Below are positions 20,201 to 28,946 of a stretch of 64,000 bases of DNA, one piece after another. The DNA comes from Nitrosopumilus sp. (lineage in GTDB: Archaea > Thermoproteota > Nitrososphaeria > Nitrososphaerales > Nitrosopumilaceae): contig OZ252243.1 in NCBI GenBank assembly GCA_965249555.1, forward strand, positions 928,001 through 992,000, in the 5' to 3' direction. The notes under the pieces are model-generated. The model did no database searches, was not told the origin of the DNA, and worked only from the letters and a program-made list of their open reading frames with translations. Within the stretch, counting starts at the first letter, position 1, and each line of letters begins with the position of its first letter. Both the position numbers and the translations under genes were made by a program.

Positions 20201-20746
20201 TTATTTTAACTCTGGGAATATGTCTGCATACATTAGTTTGAATTTGTCTTTTCTTTTTATTTCGGCAATTTGGTACTGATATTTTTTATAAAAATTAACT
20301 GCATCTTTAGTAAATAATACAATATATCTACATCCTACTTTGTCTGAGATAATTCGTGCTAATCCATTACACCATAATAATACATATTCTCCAAAACCTT
20401 TTCCTCTAAATTTTTTGTCAATACAAAAATCAAGAATTACTAATGCAGGATATAGATTGCCGTCACGAGTGGCAGGTCTCTTTTTTTTAATTATTTTATC
20501 TTTGTGAATATTAGATGTAGCTACTGTAACATAACCAATAGAATTTTTCTTGTAAGTTATGATGTAAGTAGTACCAAGATGTGCAGTTTGATTTTTTAAT
20601 GCTCTTTTATCAATAAAATATTGTAAGCATTGAGTGTCTTCACCTAATTCATTGGTACAATCAAAATGAGGTTTATGACTAGATTTTAATTTTGGAAAGC
20701 CAAATGCATCTTCGTCAATTTGAAATTTAGTTGAAGAACTAGCCAT
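20201..20746 (-). CDS. GNAT acetyltransferase, TacT/AtaT-like toxin
   Basis: FDC..LQYF, GYVTV, YPALVI..CIDKKFRGKGFGEY, VGCRYIVL, AVNFYKKY. Confidence 0.8.
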   Translation of the reverse strand: MASSSTKFQIDEDAFGFPKLKSSHKPHFDCTNELGEDTQCLQYFIDKRALKNQTAHLGTTYIITYKKNSIGYVTVATSNIHKDKIIKKKRPATRDGNLYPALVILDFCIDKKFRGKGFGEYVLLWCNGLARIISDKVGCRYIVLFTKDAVNFYKKYQYQIAEIKRKDKFKLMYADIFPELK

Positions 20747-20774
20747 AAAAATTATGAATGTGTGTAGGTAATTA

Positions 20775-20936
20775 TTACTTACTTTTTGGTGCTTGTCTTG
20801 GTTGACAGTGTTTGAGATAAAACTTCTCAGATTTTTTAAAATAAGCTATCTCTTCTGGTGTTGCTTGTCTTTTCTGATATTTTTCAAATGCTTTTGCATT
20901 CTTGCCTGTAAGTACAATTGGTTCATTTGGATTCAT
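20775..20936 (-). CDS. small putative antitoxin (53 aa) upstream of the GNAT
   Basis: Hand translation MNPNEPIVLTGKNAKAFEKYQKRQATPEEIAYFKKSEKFYLKHCQPRQAPKSK*; ends 28 bp before the GNAT ATG. Confidence 0.6.
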   Translation of the reverse strand: MNPNEPIVLTGKNAKAFEKYQKRQATPEEIAYFKKSEKFYLKHCQPRQAPKSK

Positions 20937-21168
20937 TATGTCATATACTCCTGTATAGAACGATTTTCTGATGTCATTATTAAATTAAGCATCTGATTTT
21001 CTCCTAGATTTTTTATAGATCCTTCTAGAGATAAGGTAGAATCTGTATTAGTTGAGCATAGACAGTTTTGCAGCATAAAATAGGCATAATCTGATTCCAT
21101 CATTTGATATTTCACAGTAAGGAGATCTAAGAAACAGGGACTGATATAATTGACATTATTGATAAATA

Positions 21169-21331
21169 TCATCTTGCATATCTTGCATTTTTGTTAGAGT
21201 ATAACCAGTTCTTGTATGCCGGATCGGCAGACAAACCTTGGAGGGCCTTACTAAAAACAGTAAGATCCATCTTACTGAATTCAGTAAGAGGAAAATTGTT
21301 TTTAGAGGGCTGACCGAAGGTCTGCGCAGGC
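21169..21331 (-). pseudogene. putative degraded C-terminal part of the split integrase
   Basis: In-frame continuation of the 18366 frame across att: PAQTFGQPSKNNFPLTEFSKMDLTVFSKALQGLSADPAYKNWLYSNKNARYAR*. Confidence 0.35.
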
Positions 21332-21403
21332 GGAGTTAGTTTAGTCTGGTATAACGTCAGCTTCCCAAGCTGAAGGCCGCGGGTTCAAATCCCGCACTCC
21401 GCA
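21330..21403 (+). tRNA. tRNA-Gly(CCC)
   Basis: Acceptor GCGGAGT/ACTCCGC, anticodon arm TCAGC-TTCCCAA-GCTGA, T arm GCGGG-TTCAAAT-CCCGC. No intron; CCA not encoded. Confidence 0.97.
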
Positions 21404-22366
21404 TCATAGTTCTCTAATTGCTTGTTCTATTACTCCTCTATCTGGGGCTTGCGGAAAATATTTCAAATAACTTTTGAGATCCTCTTTTGCATCAGAATTT
21501 TTATTTTGTTTTTCTCTAAGATAAGCACGGTTTTTGTAAATTTTAGCAGATCTTTTTGGATTAATTTCAATAGATTTAGTGTAATAATTCTCTGCCTTTT
21601 CAAATTGATTTGTTTTAAGATAAAAATTTCCTAGACCATTGTATGTTAGATATGATCTGTGGTTGATTTCCAAGGATTTTTCATAAAACTTGATACATTC
21701 AGAAGAGTTTTGTTCATTCATCATTGAACCCAATAGATGTAAAGCAGTTGAGTTGTTTGGATCAAGTACTATAGCTTGCTTTAGTAATTCAAGTGCTTCA
21801 GAGGAATTCTTTAGAATATTTAATTTCTCAGAGGTAAAACACAATCGATTTGATTTGTTATTAGAATCATTTTCAAGTTTTACAGAAGACAAAATTTCTA
21901 GTGGGGCCAATATTATCATTAATCTTCCTTCCTCTGACCATTCCTTGTCAAAGATATCTTGCGGTATGGCTCCTTCTTGTTGTTCTCCTTCTTGATTACC
22001 TTTCTGGATATAATGAAGGATTGTCTTTTCTTCATCATTATAGCCTGTAATGACAGATGCATGTTGTGTAATTTCTGGAATTCCTGGAAGAATAACAATT
22101 GGAGGTATTCCAGAATCAATAATTTTTTTTAATTCAGATAGAGATGAATGAATTATTTTGCATGTAAGACCATGTCTTTCTGCAGATTCTATTCCTTCAA
22201 TTAGAACACTACCATTAGATTCTGAATATTGTTTTGCAGTTTCTATGGCTTCAGCCATAGGTAATTCAATATTCCAATATTTTGAAACCACGTTAATAGG
22301 CAATGGAAGACAAATATTCTCTTCATCAACAAGAGGCAATAATAATTCATGGCTTTCTTGTTCCAT
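21404..22366 (-). CDS. C39-peptidase-like domain plus TPR repeat protein
   Basis: ENICLP (Cys), QHASVITGY (His), C-terminal TPR repeats. Confidence 0.8.
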   Translation of the reverse strand: MEQESHELLLPLVDEENICLPLPINVVSKYWNIELPMAEAIETAKQYSESNGSVLIEGIESAERHGLTCKIIHSSLSELKKIIDSGIPPIVILPGIPEITQHASVITGYNDEEKTILHYIQKGNQEGEQQEGAIPQDIFDKEWSEEGRLMIILAPLEILSSVKLENDSNNKSNRLCFTSEKLNILKNSSEALELLKQAIVLDPNNSTALHLLGSMMNEQNSSECIKFYEKSLEINHRSYLTYNGLGNFYLKTNQFEKAENYYTKSIEINPKRSAKIYKNRAYLREKQNKNSDAKEDLKSYLKYFPQAPDRGVIEQAIREL

Positions 22367-22400
22367 GAAATGAGGAAATTTTGAGAGTTATTAAAATCAA

Positions 22401-22943
22401 TCAGAGAGAACAGAATTTTTCAATCAAATCATGACCATCTTGACTCATCTCTGGATGAAATTGAGTCCCAAAAATTTGCTTTTTTTCATATTGAATGATT
22501 TCGTATTTGCAATTCTTCGAGTCTGCAAGCGGAACTAGTACACCAGGTAACTTGGATATCTCGAATATATGACTCTCAAAGACGGTTAAAGAGTCATTTG
22601 AGATTGAATTTTCTTTAGAAATCGTGATTATTTCATTTCCTTTTTGAAGTGATGAAATCCTTCTGATTGTTCCTCCCAAAGTAAGTGCCAAAATTTCGGC
22701 ACCATAGCAAATTCCAAGTAATTTCATGTTGTTTTTAATTGAATAAATAACAATTTTAGAATTGATTTCATTAGTCTTTTTTTCATTTTTTCTTCTTCCA
22801 GATAGAATTACAGAATCATAATTTTCAAGTGAGTTTAGATCTAAAAGTTGAGGAGTTTGTTTTTCAAAAGAAATATTTTTTTTATTTAAAAAATCAGTTA
22901 AATTTTTTGTATATATGGAACCGTTATCAACAACTAGAAGCAA
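22401..22943 (-). CDS. class I glutamine amidotransferase (GMP synthase subunit A-like)
   Basis: VVDNGS, LGICYG, QFHPE. Confidence 0.9.
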   Translation of the reverse strand: MLLVVDNGSIYTKNLTDFLNKKNISFEKQTPQLLDLNSLENYDSVILSGRRKNEKKTNEINSKIVIYSIKNNMKLLGICYGAEILALTLGGTIRRISSLQKGNEIITISKENSISNDSLTVFESHIFEISKLPGVLVPLADSKNCKYEIIQYEKKQIFGTQFHPEMSQDGHDLIEKFCSL

Positions 22944-25802
22944 TTAGTTGCCTACCTCAATTGAGATATAATGCATCTCAGGTATTCCATCTTTAACAAA
23001 CACTGTTCCAATATTGAGACTAGTTTCTTCTTGCCACATGAATACTCTATCACTACGTGGTTTTACAAAGTCATCAATGAATTTGGAGAGGAATTCTTCA
23101 GTATCTGCACGATCATTTTCAGTAAAGAAAATTAGTTCTCCTTCACTAAATGATAGTGGGACCTGAACAGATGTTGGTTCAGCAATTGTAATCTCATTTT
23201 CTTTAAAAACTAATTTTATGATACCAATTCTGTCATTTTTAGCTAGTTCAGTATATTCATCGTCTGTAGTTACAAGTATTGTTACACCAGAAACTTTCTT
23301 CAAATACGCTTCAAATGCTTCTTCTTGTGTATCGCCCAACCCAACAAAGTATTCTCCATTAAATGCTGCTCCAACTGCTGCAATAGTACCTATTTGGGCA
23401 ACTACTCCTCCAGCACCTGCAGTGTATACTGTGATAAAGTAAACGTCATGTTCACCTACATGATACAAAATATTATCACCAATTCTTGGATTTCTCAAGA
23501 GTGTCTTTAGTTGAGCAAAGTCTGGATCTCTATCAAGTGCCTCTCTAACTGCGGTTGGACCAATCAATTTAGTTGTAGAATTTAGTGGTACTTCATAGAA
23601 CTGCAAGTCTCCTAGAGTAGAAAGATCATTTTCAACAATCATGTATCCTGCAAGGTTCCTGCCTTGAGATCCTTTTAGTTCCAATGAAAGTAGTCCTATG
23701 AACTCAGTTTGTTCAAAACCAGGCGGTTTTGCTTCAACATAATAAGTATCAAGACCTCGTGGAATTTCATAGAATTCATTGGCTTGAATAAATGTCTCTA
23801 CATTAGTTACATGGTAAATATTGTACATCTCTGTTTTCCAATTAAATAATTCAACAGGATATCTAACTTGTTCTTCTAACCAAGAAGGAATTGGTATTAT
23901 TTGTTCAGAATATTGACTAGAAAACATTTCTGAAAAGAAATCATCTCCAGTTTTGAGTAGTTGAATATTACCATCGTATGTATCAACAAGTGCATAGCCT
24001 ACTAAACGTAAGAAAGGATTTCCAACAGACCAAGGAACATCACCTGTATCAAATCCAATGATTAATGGAATTAACCAATAGGAATTTTCTCCATCAGTGA
24101 CAGGAATTGAATCTAATTCTTTTCCAAACAAATTATAGAGAAAATAAGGATACAAAGCTTCCATTCTTTCGTGAACATCTTTGTATCTCATAACATGGAC
24201 TGGTTCAGTTGGAAATGAAAGCAAAAAGTTTGGCTCAAATGTCCAACTTATGGGTGGTGAAATGTCTATTCCACCTAAACCTGAATAAATGGCTCCTCCA
24301 AGCTCAGCACTTTCTGAACCTCTCGAAGTAGGATAACCAGACCAGGTTTGCTCAAATAGCCCACCCTCACCATAGTAAATCTCTCTTTGTTTGAAAAATT
24401 CACTACTATCGATAATTTGACCATCAGTTGCTTCTAGAGTAAGAAATCCATTTGGAACGTGAGTATAGACAAGATGCTCGTTATACCATCTGTTCTCAGC
24501 GCTTACAGTTGTTGGTAGAATTGGCTTCATTGAAGCAGTCCAATACAAAGTATTGTTAAAGCGAAGAATATCATTATCTTCAAAGTCTACATATGGAATA
24601 AGTCCGATTTCAGGCTTTAATTTGGCAAAAGCTCCTTCCCAATCCCAAACTCGAATTACATCAAGAACATCACTGTTTTTTTGTACATAATTATCAATAT
24701 TATTTGGAGAAACGGGTGTTAACTTTACATTATGAATATTTTCTTGTACATTATTTAACTCACCAAGATGTCGATTTACTCCAATTTGTTGGGCAGTGTA
24801 TGGTCCTAAATATTCAATCTTCTTTGCATCAGCAACACTATTGTTAACAGAAACAATTCCTGCGATAATAATTGCAATTGCAACAACTGTTATAATTCTA
24901 ATGTATACGTCTCTCTTAAACATGTGAGTTAGAACACGTGCTCGAATTCTATCTGCTACTGAAAATGCAATTAATGCAAAACCTATGACAAGTGTACCAC
25001 CAATCACATATCTTGTATTATAATCAATTTGATCTGTAAAGAAGAGATTAAATCCTATCCAGATTACGGCAATGCCAATTATCCCTTCAATAGTTGAAAC
25101 ATATCTTAGGTATCTAGGTTTTCCTTCAGTAGAGTCCTGAATGTACGAAATTACTACTTGAATAATTTTATGAATTCCAACATACAAAACTAAACGTAAC
25201 CCAATTGCTGCAAGTACTGGTGAAATCAATATCACCAAAGCAGGAATCATTGGAACAACATTCTCTACTGCATAATTTGGATCAGTATCAGGTGTTACAA
25301 AGGGTAGAGAAAATAATTTTGGTATATTTTCTATTCCTAGAGTATTTCCATCAATGAATGACATTGCTGCAAATCCAAACATAATATTTGCAAAGAATGC
25401 TCCAAAAAGCAAAATCTTGGTAATTTGCCAGATAACAAATTGTGCAGTAGATATTTTGTAATCTCTAAAACTTTGGATATCACTAGCTAAAGGTTGTTGT
25501 CCTCCTTTGGCAAGAAATCCGAGTGCTGTACTAATAGCATACCAGAAAATTGAAGATCTTCTAACAATATTTACACGTACAAGAGCAATTGTAGATAGAA
25601 TTATTGTAGAGACTAGAGTGTAAAAGAGAGGTTTGGTGAATTGATCACCAAATTCGGTGAAATTCATGGATAAAATTACTCCCTGATTTCCAACTGTGAC
25701 AAAAATTACAACAGCGATTATGGCTACAATGGCTAATCTGACGAATTTTCCAGCATCAGGAGGAGGTGTCTGCTTATCAGTAGAGGCACTATACAAAATC
25801 AA
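22944..25802 (-). CDS. UPF0182 family membrane protein
   Basis: N-terminal TM helices, IRVWD, HLVYTH, IYYGE, VDTYDG, RYP; 952 aa. Confidence 0.85.
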   Translation of the reverse strand: MILYSASTDKQTPPPDAGKFVRLAIVAIIAVVIFVTVGNQGVILSMNFTEFGDQFTKPLFYTLVSTIILSTIALVRVNIVRRSSIFWYAISTALGFLAKGGQQPLASDIQSFRDYKISTAQFVIWQITKILLFGAFFANIMFGFAAMSFIDGNTLGIENIPKLFSLPFVTPDTDPNYAVENVVPMIPALVILISPVLAAIGLRLVLYVGIHKIIQVVISYIQDSTEGKPRYLRYVSTIEGIIGIAVIWIGFNLFFTDQIDYNTRYVIGGTLVIGFALIAFSVADRIRARVLTHMFKRDVYIRIITVVAIAIIIAGIVSVNNSVADAKKIEYLGPYTAQQIGVNRHLGELNNVQENIHNVKLTPVSPNNIDNYVQKNSDVLDVIRVWDWEGAFAKLKPEIGLIPYVDFEDNDILRFNNTLYWTASMKPILPTTVSAENRWYNEHLVYTHVPNGFLTLEATDGQIIDSSEFFKQREIYYGEGGLFEQTWSGYPTSRGSESAELGGAIYSGLGGIDISPPISWTFEPNFLLSFPTEPVHVMRYKDVHERMEALYPYFLYNLFGKELDSIPVTDGENSYWLIPLIIGFDTGDVPWSVGNPFLRLVGYALVDTYDGNIQLLKTGDDFFSEMFSSQYSEQIIPIPSWLEEQVRYPVELFNWKTEMYNIYHVTNVETFIQANEFYEIPRGLDTYYVEAKPPGFEQTEFIGLLSLELKGSQGRNLAGYMIVENDLSTLGDLQFYEVPLNSTTKLIGPTAVREALDRDPDFAQLKTLLRNPRIGDNILYHVGEHDVYFITVYTAGAGGVVAQIGTIAAVGAAFNGEYFVGLGDTQEEAFEAYLKKVSGVTILVTTDDEYTELAKNDRIGIIKLVFKENEITIAEPTSVQVPLSFSEGELIFFTENDRADTEEFLSKFIDDFVKPRSDRVFMWQEETSLNIGTVFVKDGIPEMHYISIEVGN

Positions 25803-25843
25803 ATTTCGTTGTGATTTGGTAAATTAATGTCTTACCAGCAAAA

Positions 25844-26965
25844 TCAAGCTATTGTTGCTAGTTTTTTGCAAACCATATAGACTGCAGCATATGTAGGAAT
25901 TGTGACTTTTTCATTGGTATATGGGCCAAATTTTTTGTTTTTGAGGGAAAATTCTATTGGACAGTTTGCAAAAACTTCTACTGAGTCATCACTAAGAAAA
26001 GATGCTTCAGTGTATGGATCAAACTTTGTTAAATTTTTACAAAGAATTTTTGTGAGACCACTTTTGCTGTTTATAGAACCAGATAATCTAAAAATTCTAT
26101 GAATATCCATAGTTACATTAGGATCAATTTTTACTCCAATTTTTTCTGAGACATCATCAAGAGTTTTTTGGAAAGAAGGATAACCATTTACAAGCAACTC
26201 TGAAATTATTTTTGAGCGTTTTGATTTAGAACCAAACACATGTTTAGAAAATCTTCCTCGCCATCCATTTTCATTAAAATCTGGGAAAGATGAGCGATTT
26301 GGTTTGAATCTCTTCATTCCAAATTTTTCAGGAATAGCTCCATTAAACATGATGTAATCTACAAGTTCTGATCTTTCTCTAGAACCAATTTGTTGAAATT
26401 GTGAATCACACACATAAACATGAAATCCTTCGTTACCTGAAAAATATACATGAATTTTTTCTTTAGCTATTGCCAGATCATCAATTAGAACTTCAGATAG
26501 TTTAGATACTTCAGTTTTTGATGAATCAATACAATTTTTACAAGGTAAAGATTTTTTTTCTATTTTTGTAGAATTACATTTTAAACAGTGATCAGAATTT
26601 TTTGAAACTTCATTGCATTCATTACATATTGATACAGTATGATTTTCTCTGCAAGACAAATTAAGATCTTTTGCGTCAATATCAAAAATCAGATCTGCTT
26701 CCTTCCATTCTTTTTCATTCATAGGTAAATTAGGAAATGTATAGTATGCATTTGAACAATAAACATCAGATGGAATGTTTTGCATAAATAATAGATGCAA
26801 TTCCTTATCATCTTTTAATGAGATATGACGAGTCATTCCAGAATTGAATTTTTGATATCCAAATTCTCTTTCAGATGTTCGTTCAGGTGCATGAATTAGA
26901 TCAAAATGTTCAAAATAATATTTTTTGAACGAGTCTTCTAAGAATTTGATGTCAGTTTCTTTCAT
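25844..26965 (-). CDS. priS: DNA primase small subunit
   Basis: REFG, LIFDIDA, FSGNEGFHV, D..VT.DIHRIFRL..SINSKSG. Confidence 0.95.
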   Translation of the reverse strand: MKETDIKFLEDSFKKYYFEHFDLIHAPERTSEREFGYQKFNSGMTRHISLKDDKELHLLFMQNIPSDVYCSNAYYTFPNLPMNEKEWKEADLIFDIDAKDLNLSCRENHTVSICNECNEVSKNSDHCLKCNSTKIEKKSLPCKNCIDSSKTEVSKLSEVLIDDLAIAKEKIHVYFSGNEGFHVYVCDSQFQQIGSRERSELVDYIMFNGAIPEKFGMKRFKPNRSSFPDFNENGWRGRFSKHVFGSKSKRSKIISELLVNGYPSFQKTLDDVSEKIGVKIDPNVTMDIHRIFRLSGSINSKSGLTKILCKNLTKFDPYTEASFLSDDSVEVFANCPIEFSLKNKKFGPYTNEKVTIPTYAAVYMVCKKLATIA

Positions 26966-27990
26966 TATTTTCTCTTCTTTCCAAATTGTAGTGGATTAAT
27001 GATATTATCGCATTCTGGAATTGCAAAACAAAGATCTTGTGTTTTTAGTTTCTCACAAGAAGGGCAAATGTATTTAGTTCCACTTCCAGAAGTTCCAGCA
27101 AGATGATTGAGTTGGTAAAGTGTAACTCGTTCGTTATAATCAGGAGCATTTTTGAATAATGGTGCAATTTGTTCTACTGATTGACCCTTTGAGAGTAAAA
27201 AAGTAGCCAACATGAATCTTCCAGAATGTGGAAGGTTTTCGCCTTTTTCAAGCTCTTCTATTGCATGTTTTATGCATGGAGGATATTCTCCAGTAGTTAC
27301 AGTAAAAGTAACAAATTTTTTTGATAATGAAACAAGTTTGTTTACTGAATCCTCAAAACCTGAAATCATTGCAGGAGTTTTTGCATTAATAATTTTTGAA
27401 TTGATGTATGTTCCCAATTCTTTTCTTATCAGTCTAACTGTTTCATGCGGAGTAAGAAAGACTTGTCCATGTTCTACATGTCTGTTGATTAATTTCCATT
27501 CTCTTTCATGGAAATTAATTGAATGTTTTAGATAATCAGATACTGGAATTACAAAGTAATCATCAAGTTTCTCAACTTGAACTGAAAAGAGATCATCAAT
27601 TACTCTGATTGCCAATTCTTTTTTTGACTCGTCTGAAATGTTTGCTAGATCTTTTTCAAGATATTTTTCTGCACGTCTAGCCTCTGCAAGTGAAAATCTC
27701 TTGATTAGAGTATGCATACCACTTAGTTTCAATAGTACGATAGCCAAAAGAAACGAGAAAACCTCTCTAGGCAAAGCTGCGTCTTTTGAGACATGATCTC
27801 CAATTAGATCAGATTTGTAGATTTTTCCATCTGCTGCAACCTGAATTCGATCAAATGCTTTGTCAACTAGCTGTTTTAGATCAGGATCTGTGCCAAACTG
27901 CTCCAGTGTAAATCCCTTATCTTTGAGATATTGACCAGCATCTGCCAAGAAGGGATATTTTGCAATTTCGTCTTGTCCAAGTTCTAGCAT
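26965..27990 (-). CDS. priL: DNA primase large subunit
   Basis: YPPCI, HSGRF, PDYNE, Y.CPSC, C..IINPL Fe-S motifs. Confidence 0.95.
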   Translation of the reverse strand: MLELGQDEIAKYPFLADAGQYLKDKGFTLEQFGTDPDLKQLVDKAFDRIQVAADGKIYKSDLIGDHVSKDAALPREVFSFLLAIVLLKLSGMHTLIKRFSLAEARRAEKYLEKDLANISDESKKELAIRVIDDLFSVQVEKLDDYFVIPVSDYLKHSINFHEREWKLINRHVEHGQVFLTPHETVRLIRKELGTYINSKIINAKTPAMISGFEDSVNKLVSLSKKFVTFTVTTGEYPPCIKHAIEELEKGENLPHSGRFMLATFLLSKGQSVEQIAPLFKNAPDYNERVTLYQLNHLAGTSGSGTKYICPSCEKLKTQDLCFAIPECDNIINPLQFGKKRK

Positions 27991-28075
27991 GATAGTGATT
28001 TACCGAATTTACTTAAAAATCTGGTTTTATAATTTGAACACTAGTTTAAATTATGTTTTTTAGAAAATTATCTAA

Positions 28076-28915
28076 ATGCAGATCGGCTGTCATGTATCAA
28101 TAGCAGGGTCAATTGACAAGGCAATAGATAATGCCGTTGAAAGAGAATGCTCTGCTTTTCAGATATTTACAAGAAATCCAAGAGGTTGGCATGCAAAAGA
28201 ACTCATCAATGAAGATATTACTAATTTTAAATCAAAACTAAAAGAAAGTAAAATAGATAGATTTGCAACTTGTGCACATATGCCATATTTACCAAATCTT
28301 GCCACTCCAAAAGAAGAGGGATTTGAAAAATCAGTAGATACTTTGGTAAGTGAAGTTGAACGATGTGCACAGTTAGGAATTCCATACCTTGTAACACATC
28401 TTGGTAGTCATTTGGGAACAGGTGAAGAAGCTGGAATTAAGAAATTAGTGAAAGGCTTGACAAAAGCTGGACAAACAAAAAATGACGTAATTATTCTATT
28501 AGAGAATACTGCTGGTCAGAAAAACTCTGTAGGTTCAAAATTCAAACAGTTAGGAGAAATTTTCAATCAATTAAAACCTGCAAAAAAATTCGGTATTTGT
28601 TTGGATACTTGTCATGCATTTGTTTCAGGATATGATTTGAGAACTGAAGAGAAAGTAAAGGAGACTTTTGAAGAATTTGACAAGTATGTAGGAATAAAGA
28701 ATCTGAAAATTCTTCATCTAAATGATGCCAGAGGTGAAATTGGTTGCAATCTTGATAGACATTATCACTTAGGATTGGGAGGAATTGGAGAGAAAGGAAT
28801 TGCTGCGGTTGTAAAGTTTGCAAACAAGAAAAAAATTCCAATAATTTTAGAGACTCCAATTGATGATGACAGAGATGACTTTGAGAACATCAGAAAAGCA
28901 AAGGAATTTGCGTAG
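28076..28915 (+). CDS. nfo: endonuclease IV
   Basis: GCHVSIAG, HMPYLPNL, LENTAG, CLDTCHAF, HLND, DRH, ILETP. Confidence 0.95.
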   Translation: MQIGCHVSIAGSIDKAIDNAVERECSAFQIFTRNPRGWHAKELINEDITNFKSKLKESKIDRFATCAHMPYLPNLATPKEEGFEKSVDTLVSEVERCAQLGIPYLVTHLGSHLGTGEEAGIKKLVKGLTKAGQTKNDVIILLENTAGQKNSVGSKFKQLGEIFNQLKPAKKFGICLDTCHAFVSGYDLRTEEKVKETFEEFDKYVGIKNLKILHLNDARGEIGCNLDRHYHLGLGGIGEKGIAAVVKFANKKKIPIILETPIDDDRDDFENIRKAKEFA

Positions 28916-28946
28916 AAATTTATTCAATGGTTGAGTGAGTCTAATA

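Larger units (their letters stand above)
18146..21371. mobile_element. integrated element in the 5' half of tRNA-Gly(CCC)
   Basis: Bounded by a 40-bp direct repeat (18146-18185 = 21332-21371). Carries a D5-like helicase, a TBP-like ORF and a GNAT pair. Confidence 0.88.

Noticed and set aside
20793-21172. ORFs 20793..20996 (+) and 20936..21172 (-)
   Set aside because: The first is antisense to the putative antitoxin. The second has no recognisable motif and may be decayed integrase sequence.
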